Shown here piece after piece: positions 32,732-41,600 of a stretch of DNA of 64,000 nucleotides; the stretch's first letter is position 1; every line of letters starts with the position of its first letter. Origin of the DNA: Salinimicrobium sp. (GTDB lineage Archaea > Thermoplasmatota > Poseidoniia > Poseidoniales > Poseidoniaceae); the NCBI GenBank assembly GCA_964228865.1, contig CAXRAI010000016.1, positions 54,440 to 118,439 on the forward strand, given 5' to 3'. A program made the translations under genes and the position numbers. Below the pieces are notes generated by a model, which did not search any database, was not told the origin of the DNA, and saw only the letters and a program-made list of their open reading frames with translations.

Positions 32732-33767
32732 CAGCCAGCCCTCCTCGTCGACGTACGCGCTCAACATCGTCATCGCGTCCAAGCGCTTCGTAGTGCAGAG
32801 CTGCCGTGGACCAATCAGCACGCTCCTCGGCTTCGACCGCCGCCTCGAAGCGACGGCGGCGTTGCGCCCAATCGGCGGCGCGTCGACCGTCGGCGACCAA
32901 AGCACGACGGGCCTCGCGTTCGATGCGCTCACGTTCACCGCCATACCAACAACGGACCAATCCATCGCGGGTGGCCCCGAACAAGGTCTCTGCACCGTCC
33001 CCGTCAAGCAACAACACAGGGTCGCTCATCATCGCACCCTCATGCACCAATCCCCCGTCCGATGCACTCATGATTCGGCCATCAAGCTCGAGCAGCACCC
33101 ACCCTGTGGCCGTCCTGACGGCGGACGTGGGCTCGAGCACGTCGCTTTCGACGCGTTCGATGCGGTCCCAACCCGAAGCGCCGGGTACGCCCCTGTGCAG
33201 CATACCGTCTGGACCTCGCATGAGCATCCCATCACGGTCCAACGAAGAGACCCACGTCCAGCGTTCCTCTCCATAGGCCGCAAGGTCTTCTCCGCTGCCA
33301 ACGTGAACCAAGCGCAGCACGCCGTCATGGTCGTGAACGATGGCTTGATCCCGGTCCAGCCACCCGATCAAGGCACGGACAGGTGCACGCGAAACACGTG
33401 AGCGCCCTCGCCCCTCTTTCGTGAAGAGATGAAGGTCGCCCTCACGGCCCGAGGCGAGCCAGCCTCCACCAGGCCGTGCCACCAGAGCGGAGAAGCCACG
33501 GCTGACCGCACGCCCCTCGTTGACCGGTGTACCGTCGTCAAACCGGTGCACGGTGAAACCATGTGCGGCAAGGACACCGACATGAGCACCGGCCACGACG
33601 ACACGGTGGGGCGTGAACAGCAGGTCGTGGGTCCAGCGGTGCGCGCCGTCATCAGCCATCAGCGTCAATCGGCGCTCATGGCCAAGCATGCACCACCCTG
33701 AGCCGGCCACCAGCGAGGCCACTGGGCCCGTGATTTTGCTTGACCATGCTGGAGTCCATGCCATCAA
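32724..33767 (-). CDS. Hypothetical beta-propeller-like protein with C-terminal helical tail
   Basis: Repeated short Trp/Gly beta motifs (WLASGREGDLHLF, LFGATRDGLVRCW). It is translationally coupled at both ends. Confidence 0.7.
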   Translation of the reverse strand: MMAWTPAWSSKITGPVASLVAGSGWCMLGHERRLTLMADDGAHRWTHDLLFTPHRVVVAGAHVGVLAAHGFTVHRFDDGTPVNEGRAVSRGFSALVARPGGGWLASGREGDLHLFTKEGRGRSRVSRAPVRALIGWLDRDQAIVHDHDGVLRLVHVGSGEDLAAYGEERWTWVSSLDRDGMLMRGPDGMLHRGVPGASGWDRIERVESDVLEPTSAVRTATGWVLLELDGRIMSASDGGLVHEGAMMSDPVLLLDGDGAETLFGATRDGLVRCWYGGERERIEREARRALVADGRRAADWAQRRRRFEAAVEAEERADWSTAALHYEALGRDDDVERVRRRGGLADD

Positions 33768-35440
33768 GCCTCACCTCCAAGCAAGGTCCACGCACGAAGC
33801 TGAGCACGCGCTCCAGCGGACAGCGTGAACACCCGCGATCGGCCGCGTTGTGCCACGTCCAAAACGCCGTCTTTGTGCAAGCCGTTGCACAATTGCGAGA
33901 GGCGAGCACGTTTCACCCCCAAACGCGCAAGGACACGGTTGTCCGATGGCGAGATTTCGCGATGGCTGGCCGCTTCGACAACCACGGCCTGCCCGGCGTT
34001 CAACTCCTTCAACGCCTGCACGCGAAGAGGACGGTGATGCAAGGCTCCGGCATGCGGCAGGCCCAGACGTGTGAGGGCTTCTGCCAAGCCATGCAACGGT
34101 GAGGGCGAGGTTGGAGGCATGCCTGCAATGGCACGCTCAAGCACCCGAATCACGTCTTCACCGAGGACCGGAGGCCCGCCTTGCGGACCTTGTGCATGGT
34201 CGGCATGCCCCTCATCCTGAGGTGGGAGTGCAGAAGAGGGGGCTGGAGCGGCGGTGTTGTCGGTGAAGACATACCCCTCGCCTTCGCTTGTTTCAGGCAC
34301 GTGCTCAGGTTCCTGTGCAGGTTCATCGTACCGAGGCGTGGCCTGTTGAGCGTTGCTTGCGTCAATGGATCGACGAGCGATGCGGCCGAAGGCTGAGGCC
34401 GGATCCACCCGGGAGACGAGCGGTTCACGGGGCGGTGGTGTTTCAAGCGGAGGCGTTGGTACTTCACGTGGCAGAGGTGCCTCGAACGGCCCAGAAGCGG
34501 CTTCCACTGGAGCGAAGTCTTCCATCCAGTTTGGGTCCGTCTCTTCACGGTCGTCGAGTTGCGGGCGAACGGGTGGCGGAGCGTCCAATTCCCGCGCACC
34601 CTCAAGGTCGTCCATGTCCAATTCAAGGCCGGTGGCGCCAGGTCCGGCTTCCCAGCCGTCCATCGAGGGCTCACGGTTCGCCAACTGAGGCGACGACACG
34701 GGTGGACGCGGGTCGTTGCGTTGGTGCGCCATGTATTGCTTGCTCATCTCGCCGAGCAACGGTCGAGGATACCGTGGAAGGGCGTGCAGGTGCTGCTCAA
34801 TCCACGAAGGATGCGGCCGCCACCCGAGTTGGTTTTCCCGGCGAACGCGCACGTCGATCATGGTCGCAATGTCCTCATCGCTGAACGGCTCAAGCCTGAA
34901 CTCCTCAAGGAAACGTGCCTCCAATGCAGGACCGAGACGGGCAGCATGCTCGGGTGTTGCAATCACCACGATCATGGCGTCAAGACGTTCCAGATACGAC
35001 ATGGATTTGGACAGGATGAAGGGGAGATCTTCCCCGTCGAGGGGGGGCAGGTCGAGCACAATCAGGGCTTGACCAAGGTCCCTACGCAGCGTTTGGATGA
35101 GCATTTCTGTGGCCTGGCTCGGACCCAAAGGTGGCTCACCGCCGATCATTCCAGCGTGAATTTGAGCCATCAGGTCTGCAGCAGGCTCCTGTGCGTTCAC
35201 ATCAACCACGTGAACGGCGCGTTGCAAATTTCCCCTCAGCACACGCATCAGCGACGTTCGCCCGGATCCTGATGGCCCGGTGAGCAGCAGCAAGCGTGCA
35301 TCGTTCCCCTTGTGGAGGTACCACTTGAGGTGTTCAAGCACCTTGTCACGGCCAACCAAGAGGTCCGTATCGCTCGCTTCCAAGGGCTTTCGCCCGAAGG
35401 GGTTCCTGTCCACGGAGGGAAAACCCTCGGAAGGCATCAT
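33764..35440 (-). CDS. Degenerate AAA+ (Cdc6/STAND-like) domain, acidic Pro-rich linker and C-terminal winged helix
   Basis: RNPF..KPL....LLVGR, Walker A-like GPSGSGRTS, LIVLD, RLEPFSDEDIATMIDVRV, and C-terminal LARLGVKRARLSQLCNGLHKDGVL....RGRSRVFTLS. Confidence 0.8.
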   Translation of the reverse strand: MMPSEGFPSVDRNPFGRKPLEASDTDLLVGRDKVLEHLKWYLHKGNDARLLLLTGPSGSGRTSLMRVLRGNLQRAVHVVDVNAQEPAADLMAQIHAGMIGGEPPLGPSQATEMLIQTLRRDLGQALIVLDLPPLDGEDLPFILSKSMSYLERLDAMIVVIATPEHAARLGPALEARFLEEFRLEPFSDEDIATMIDVRVRRENQLGWRPHPSWIEQHLHALPRYPRPLLGEMSKQYMAHQRNDPRPPVSSPQLANREPSMDGWEAGPGATGLELDMDDLEGARELDAPPPVRPQLDDREETDPNWMEDFAPVEAASGPFEAPLPREVPTPPLETPPPREPLVSRVDPASAFGRIARRSIDASNAQQATPRYDEPAQEPEHVPETSEGEGYVFTDNTAAPAPSSALPPQDEGHADHAQGPQGGPPVLGEDVIRVLERAIAGMPPTSPSPLHGLAEALTRLGLPHAGALHHRPLRVQALKELNAGQAVVVEAASHREISPSDNRVLARLGVKRARLSQLCNGLHKDGVLDVAQRGRSRVFTLSAGARAQLRAWTLLGGEA

Positions 35441-35501
35441 GCTCGGCGCCAACAAAAACCGGGTATATCATGCTTCACCGGATGAAGGCCGCCCCCCGAC
35501 A

Positions 35502-35603
35502 CGTTACGTACCGTTAACCGCATGGCCGAGGCCCATTTTTCGACCTCCTCTAACGGGTGCTAACGCTTTGCTAACGCCTCAGTAACATGTTAGTGGAGCG
35601 TTA
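35502..35603. repeat. Helically phased TAACR/YGTTA pentamer array with a 32-bp imperfect palindrome (candidate protein-binding site)
   Basis: CGTTA at 35502 and 35512; TAACG at 35551, 35561 and 35572; TAACA at 35583; TGTTA at 35588; CGTTA at 35599. Adjacent same-orientation copies are 10-11 bp apart. Confidence 0.8.
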
Positions 35604-35646
35604 ATTCCCCCGGTGGGTTCATGCTCCATCGGGACTGCCGCACATC

Positions 35647-36948
35647 ATGCCCGCACGGAGCAGCCGCCTCTCGGGATTTTACCGGCTGACGGTCGAGGAG
35701 CGTCGGCAGGCCCTCCTGGAGGTCACAGACCTCAGTCAGGAAGCAGTGGAGGCCTTGGCGTCGGCTGAGGTCCTGAGCGAAGAAGCCGCAGACCACATGA
35801 TCGAGAACGTCGTTGGTCGGTTTGTTTTGCCCGTCGGGTTGGCCACGAATTTCATTGTCGATGGCGAGGAGTACCTCATTCCTTTCGTCCTCGAAGAATC
35901 CAGCGTGGTGGCTGCAGCCTCCAACATGGCGCGCCGTTGCAGGGCCACAGGAGGATTCGTGAGCAAGAACGACCCGCCCATCATGATCGCGCAGGTCCAA
36001 GTGCTCGATGTCACCGACCTCGATGCGGCCGAGGCTGCCGTTTTGGGTGCTGAAGAAGAACTGATGCGCATGTGCAACGATCGCCCGTCAACCATGATCA
36101 AACTCGGAGGTGGCCTGAAGCGCTTGACGTGCCACCGAATTCCCACAGAACTGGGCACGATGTTTGTGGTGCACCTCCACGTCGATGTCAGGGACGCCAT
36201 GGGTGCCAATGCGGTCAACACCATGGCTGAATTGATTGCACCACGGATCGAATCGCTCACCGGCGGGCGTGTCCTGCTTCGAATCCTGTCCAACCTGGCC
36301 ACTGAACGCATGGCGCGGGTCGAGGCCCGCTTTAGCCCAGAAGCCATGTCCGATGACGGCGATGCAGCGCAGGGCGCTGAAATCATATCAGGCATCATCG
36401 AAGCCTACCATTTCGCAGCCTCTGACCCTTACCGAGCAGCCACACACAACAAGGGCGTCATGAACGCCATCAGTGCAGTAGCGATTGCCTGTGGACAGGA
36501 TTGGCGGGCGATTGAAGCAGGATGCCACGCTTGGGCTGCCGTTCGAACGGGCCGCTATGCATCGATGACCGAATGGGACATCGACGAAGAGGGATACCTC
36601 GTTGGGCGCCTTGAAACTCCGATGGCGGTGGGCACGGTCGGGGGGGCCAGCAGGGTGCATCCAACCGCCAGGGCTTGCCTCGAACTCCTCGGCATCGATT
36701 CGGCAGATCGCCTCGCGGCCGTCATGGCCGCCTCCGGCCTCGCTCAGAACCTTGGGGCACTGCGTGCTTTGTCGACCAGCGGCATCCAAGCCGGACACAT
36801 GCGCCTGCACGCGCGAAACATGGCCGTGAGCGCGGGAGCAAGCGGACCTGAAATCGATGAGGTGGCCTCGCGCTTGGCCTCTTGGGAAGGGCCGCGGACG
36901 CAAACCACGGCCGAAGAAATCCTTGCCATGCTCAGGCAGGACGGCTGA
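35647..36948 (+). CDS. mvaA: Class II hydroxymethylglutaryl-CoA reductase
   Basis: MIENVVG, EESSVVAAAS, DAMGANAVNT, ILSN, ATHNKG, GTVGG and GIQAGHMRLH. Confidence 0.95.
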   Translation: MPARSSRLSGFYRLTVEERRQALLEVTDLSQEAVEALASAEVLSEEAADHMIENVVGRFVLPVGLATNFIVDGEEYLIPFVLEESSVVAAASNMARRCRATGGFVSKNDPPIMIAQVQVLDVTDLDAAEAAVLGAEEELMRMCNDRPSTMIKLGGGLKRLTCHRIPTELGTMFVVHLHVDVRDAMGANAVNTMAELIAPRIESLTGGRVLLRILSNLATERMARVEARFSPEAMSDDGDAAQGAEIISGIIEAYHFAASDPYRAATHNKGVMNAISAVAIACGQDWRAIEAGCHAWAAVRTGRYASMTEWDIDEEGYLVGRLETPMAVGTVGGASRVHPTARACLELLGIDSADRLAAVMAASGLAQNLGALRALSTSGIQAGHMRLHARNMAVSAGASGPEIDEVASRLASWEGPRTQTTAEEILAMLRQDG

Positions 36949-37551
36949 TCACTCATCTTCGCCTACAGGCAGCACAGCTTGGACCGTCCCGTCCACCTGC
37001 TCCTCCTCCACGACCACGCTGCCCAGGACATCGTCGAGAATGCCTGATTCCGCCACTTGCTCGCGGAACCATGCTCGAACCTTCGACCGGTCGGTGTGCG
37101 GGCAACCAAAGACCTCTGAGAACCGACGCGTGGTCGAAAGACGTCGCGTGTTCCCGTCCCTTCGACGCTGAATCATGCCGGCTTGAGCAAGTTCGCGCAC
37201 GTGGTCGTAGGCCCGCTGACCAAGCATGTCGACCAAACGCGATTGAGGCATGGGCTGGTGGTACGCGATAAGGGAGGCTGCCTTGAGCAAACGAGGAGGA
37301 AGGTCCGTCTTGGTTTCACGTGGAAGATGTGCGGCCACCTTCGGCTTGACTTCCATGGCCCAGCGGCCGCCAACCTCAGCAAGGTGCAGGGCCCCTCTGC
37401 GGCGCTTCAACGCCCCTTGGAGCTGTTCCAAAGCCGCACTGACCTCATCGGCTTCGTACCCCAAGGTTTCCGCGAGTTCCTTCACCGAAAGGGATCGACC
37501 GGCGGCGAACAATTGAGCCTCAAGCAGGAGTTCCAGGGGCGTCTCCGTCAT
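36949..37551 (-). CDS. scpB: Segregation and condensation protein B
   Basis: LEAQLFAAGRSLS, LIAYHQP..QS.L, AYDHVRELA and TT.RF.EVFG. It lies downstream of scpA and has a GAGGTG SD. Confidence 0.92.
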   Translation of the reverse strand: MTETPLELLLEAQLFAAGRSLSVKELAETLGYEADEVSAALEQLQGALKRRRGALHLAEVGGRWAMEVKPKVAAHLPRETKTDLPPRLLKAASLIAYHQPMPQSRLVDMLGQRAYDHVRELAQAGMIQRRRDGNTRRLSTTRRFSEVFGCPHTDRSKVRAWFREQVAESGILDDVLGSVVVEEEQVDGTVQAVLPVGEDE

Positions 37552-37560
37552 CTGACCACC

Positions 37561-38679
37561 TCACTCAACCAACCACGAGTCCGTCGTGTCTTCTTGCTCT
37601 GCCAACACCGCAGCCGACGCTTCTTCGAGCGCCGCCGCCTCGCCAGCACGTTGAATCAAGCCCTTCGTGGCACGACCGGTTTCCTCGGCCTCCACGCGCT
37701 CAAGGTGTGCCCTGACCTCCTGATAGGTGCCGATCTCCGGCCAAAGGTCGACCACATGGATGGGGCCAGAGGGAACCACGTCTTGCACCACGTCAGCGAC
37801 GCGACGGTGAACAAGGAAAAGACCGGCAATGAAGGCCGCCACGTTGGCTTCAGTTCGTCCTCCGAGGCTGGCTGCTGCTTCCGGGTCCATTTCCTCCAGG
37901 CGACGGACGACGTCCAGCAAGGGAACCTTCGCAACTCCGTTGGCCACGACGACGGCCCGAAGCGCATTCCAGCATCGCTCGATGTCGCCTTCGAGGTCTT
38001 CGTCATGCATGCGTCCCCCGACGTCCTCAAGGTGAGCCTTCAGCTCAGCCGCTGCGGCCTCCCTGACGCGTTCGCGCTCCTGCAATGCTTCTGCATCATC
38101 GGCCGCGTCCTTGAACGCGGCGAGAAGTTCACCAAGCGTGGTCGGCCGTCCCTCAGGCCGCCTTAGCCTGCCGTCGAACAACGACGGCAGGGTCGCATCG
38201 GCCTCACCCTGCAGCACCGTGGTCGTGAACGCAAAGGCTTCGTCGTCCACTTCAAGCTCCCAACCAAAGTCATGGTCGAACTCCATCTCGTCCTCATCGA
38301 TGTCCATGGTCGTGGCCCGGTCGTAGACCCCCAAGGTTTGCTCGTGGAGGACTTCCCAAGCCAGACGAATCAAGCGACCGCATGCGGGAAGGTCGACACG
38401 ATCGGCTTCGGTGCGCACACGTTCTGTGAAGATCTCGAGGAAGGCTTCCAAATCGATGTCCCATGCGTTGAGCCCCTCTTCACGGACCAACGACAGGACA
38501 AGGGCGATGGAACGGTCGATGGGGTCGCTCAGGGCCTGATGTTCAGCCCCATCGTGTGCGGCGATGCGCATGATGCGGTCGCCGAAGGCAAGGGCTTCTT
38601 CGTTCTCGCTTCCAGTTGACAGGAGACGCTCGACGATGTCCTGCCGCAGGAACCATCCGTCGAGGGCCATTTGTTGCAT
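37561..38679 (-). CDS. scpA: Segregation and condensation protein A (kleisin)
   Basis: LVREEGLNAWDIDL, GRLI.LAW, RPTTLGELL and FIAGLFL motifs; located between smc and scpB. Confidence 0.88.
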   Translation of the reverse strand: MQQMALDGWFLRQDIVERLLSTGSENEEALAFGDRIMRIAAHDGAEHQALSDPIDRSIALVLSLVREEGLNAWDIDLEAFLEIFTERVRTEADRVDLPACGRLIRLAWEVLHEQTLGVYDRATTMDIDEDEMEFDHDFGWELEVDDEAFAFTTTVLQGEADATLPSLFDGRLRRPEGRPTTLGELLAAFKDAADDAEALQERERVREAAAAELKAHLEDVGGRMHDEDLEGDIERCWNALRAVVVANGVAKVPLLDVVRRLEEMDPEAAASLGGRTEANVAAFIAGLFLVHRRVADVVQDVVPSGPIHVVDLWPEIGTYQEVRAHLERVEAEETGRATKGLIQRAGEAAALEEASAAVLAEQEDTTDSWLVE

Positions 38680-38688
38680 CGGACCACC

Positions 38689-41600
38689 TCACTCCTCATC
38701 GGGTGCTTCGACGAGCACGGCATCCTCAGGTGCTTCCTCTGCGACATCGTCCAACTCGGCCTCGCGCACGGCCTCAAGGTGCTCGCGGACCTCTGCTTCT
38801 TCATCGGCGGACTCGTCGGCTCGCGCCATCAGCCCCTCGAGGCTCTTGGGGGTGCCAAGCGACTCGGGGACCTCCGGCATGGCGTTCTGGAACGCCACGG
38901 CTTCTCCGGCGCGATCGGCATTCTTTGCCGCGTCCGCCGCCGCTGCTTCTTCGGCCGCTTCGCCAAGTTCCAGCGCACGCTGCCGGTTGAAGTCCATGAT
39001 TCGACGGCTGCAGCCGTCGCCACCGTGCGTGACGCCGATGTGGTGATCGGCCAAACTCAGGCTCACCTTGCGCAAGGTGACCATGATGAATTGCGCCCGT
39101 TCTGAACGCGCTCTGCACATCTCGGCGATGAGACGCGCGTTGTCCGAGTCGAGGTTCTGATCCACTTCGTCGAAATAGTAGAATGGACTTGGGTCGTAAT
39201 CCTGGATGGCGAAGATGAGGGCAAGGGCCGCCATCGATTGCTCGCCTCCGGACAAGCCTTGCAAACGGCAACGGCTCGATTTTCCACGTGGGCGCGCCCA
39301 CATGTCCAATCCGCCGGAGAAGGGCTGCTCAGGATTCTCAAGGAAGAGTTCACCCTCGCCACCCTTGGAGAGGGTCTTGTAGACCCGCTTGAAGTTCTCA
39401 TTCACCTTGGAGAGGACTTGCGTCAACCGAACCGTGCGTTGTTGGTCGAGTTGTTCGGCCAAATCCAACAGGTCCTGACGGCGCCCCTTCAACACGTCAT
39501 GATCGGCGCTGAGGGAAGCAAGACGCTCCTCACACGCAGCATGTTGTTCGATGGCACGCCAGTTGACCGAACCGATGTCCTCGATCTTCCGTTCGAGTCG
39601 CCGAACGGTGCGCTCTCCATCGGCCACGGTGGGCAAGGGCGCCTCGTCTTCGACGGTTTCAGGCACACCCTCTTCGACCATGGAAGAGCGGATTTCGAGG
39701 AGGTGTGATTCACTGGTGGACAACAAGCGCCGCAATTCCTCAGCGTGCTGGCGACGTGAACGGGCGTCGGATGCCTTTTGCTCCGATGCGGCGCGGAGGG
39801 CGCTTCGCTCATCCACAAGGCGGATTCGTTCGTCCTCGAGCCCTTGGTGTTCCTCCAAATGGGAGCGGCGTTCCTCTTCTTTCTCGGTCAAGACGGCACG
39901 GTTTTCCGCCATTGAACGCTCGAGTTTTGCCCGCTCTGTGGCTCGGGTTGCAGCCTCTGAAGCCAACACGTCCAGGCGGCCGGTGAGGTCTTCCACGTTG
40001 CCGTACAGCAGCGCGTGACGCTCCTTCCCAGACCGAATGGTGGCCTCGTTGCTTTGGAGGTCGGCTTCCGCGGTGGCTTTGGCCAGTTCGGCCGTGTGAA
40101 GGCGTTCCTTGAGGTGCGTCGGGCTGGCGTCCTGGAGCTTCTGGTTGGCCTCATCCCGTGCTTCGATGGCGGTGGTCAACCGCTGTTGGGCCTGTGACCG
40201 AAGGGCAAGGTGACGACGTCCCTCTTGGTCAAAGGCGTCCAAACGCTTGACCAAGTCAGCCAAGTTGCCCTCTTCCTTGCCCAAAGCGGTCTTTGCAGCA
40301 GCGTGAGCGCTTCGCCAAGAGGCCAACTTGGAAGCGGCATCGTTGTTGGCGAGGTCGCCCAAACGACGCCTGACTTCGCCTTGTGCCTCACGGGCTTCGC
40401 GAACCTTAGCAGCGACGCCCTCGGACATCATCCGCAAACGCTCCACCTCTTTCGACAGGCGATCGACTTCGCTCGCGCCCTGGATTTTCCCTCCAAAGGA
40501 AATGCGGGAACGTCGAGGAGAGCCTCCGGTCATGGCGCCGCCGGCCTCGGCCACGCTTCCATCAAGGGTGATGAGTCGCACGCCGCCCATGTTCGCACGG
40601 GCGGTGGCCATCGTATCGACCACAAGCGTGTTCCGAAGGACGAAGCGAACCGCAGCGTCGATGCGCGGGTCATGCTCCAGCAAATCGTGAGCGAAACCAA
40701 TGACGCCGGGTTGACGGGCGACCATGACCGCCCGACCTGCTGGCCGACCGGCGTTGATCTTGTTCAACGGCAAGAAGGTCGCACGACCAGCGTTGTTGTT
40801 CTTGAGCCAGCGAATGGCCTTCGCTGCGACTTCGTCGGTTTCCACCACCACGGACATCATCCCACCGCCGATGGCGGTGGAGAGCGCCGTTGAATGGGCT
40901 TCATCCTTCGGCGCACAAAGTTCCGCGATGGTGCCGAAGATGCCGTCGAGTTCACCGGAATCGCGGGCGCCGAGCACCGCTGCAGCACCGCCGGTGAGCC
41001 CAGATGACCCAGAATTGGATTCCATGGCCGCTCGAGCGCGTGCCAGTTGCCGTTCCACGTCACGCAGCCGTGTTTCAACCGCGTTGGCTTCCTCCACCAG
41101 CGTGGACTCTTTTCGCTGAGCTGCGGTCAAATCACGGGCGAGGCTTTCTCGATCGGTGCCCTCGGCCATCGCCTTGATTTCCTCGCCCTGAAGTTCGCTC
41201 TCAGCGACCTGCATCTTGGCACCAGCCAAAGCCTCCTCGGCTTTCTGACGTTCCTCAAGAAGCAATTCACCGGCCGTTGCGGAACGGTCAACGTCCGATT
41301 GTGCGTTGGCCAAAGCCGCTCGGGCATGGTCGATTTCCTCCTCGCAGGACTGAACCGTTCGAGCCAGTTCAGCCACGTCACTGGTCGAGCCTTCCAGTGC
41401 GTCACGGACAGAGGCTTCTTCCGCGGAGGCTGCGGCCAGCGCCTCTTTGGCCGCTTTGAGCGCATCTTCGGCACCCTGCACCTCGGAAGCAGCGTGCTCT
41501 GCGGCCGTCGAGGCTTCTTCCAAATCGACCTCCAAACGGGCGCGCATTCCCGCGTCCCCCTCGTCCCGAGTTGCCATGTCTGAGAGACGGTCTGCGGCGG

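Noticed and set aside
35572..35603. Xer/dif site interpretation of the palindrome
   Set aside because: The TAA-to-TTA spacer is 4 bp (CATG), not the 6 bp typical of dif, and no recombinase gene is nearby. It is kept only as part of the repeat-array finding.
35502..35603. CRISPR array
   Set aside because: Units are 5-6 bp at 10-11 bp period, not 25-40 bp repeats with spacers, and there are no cas genes.
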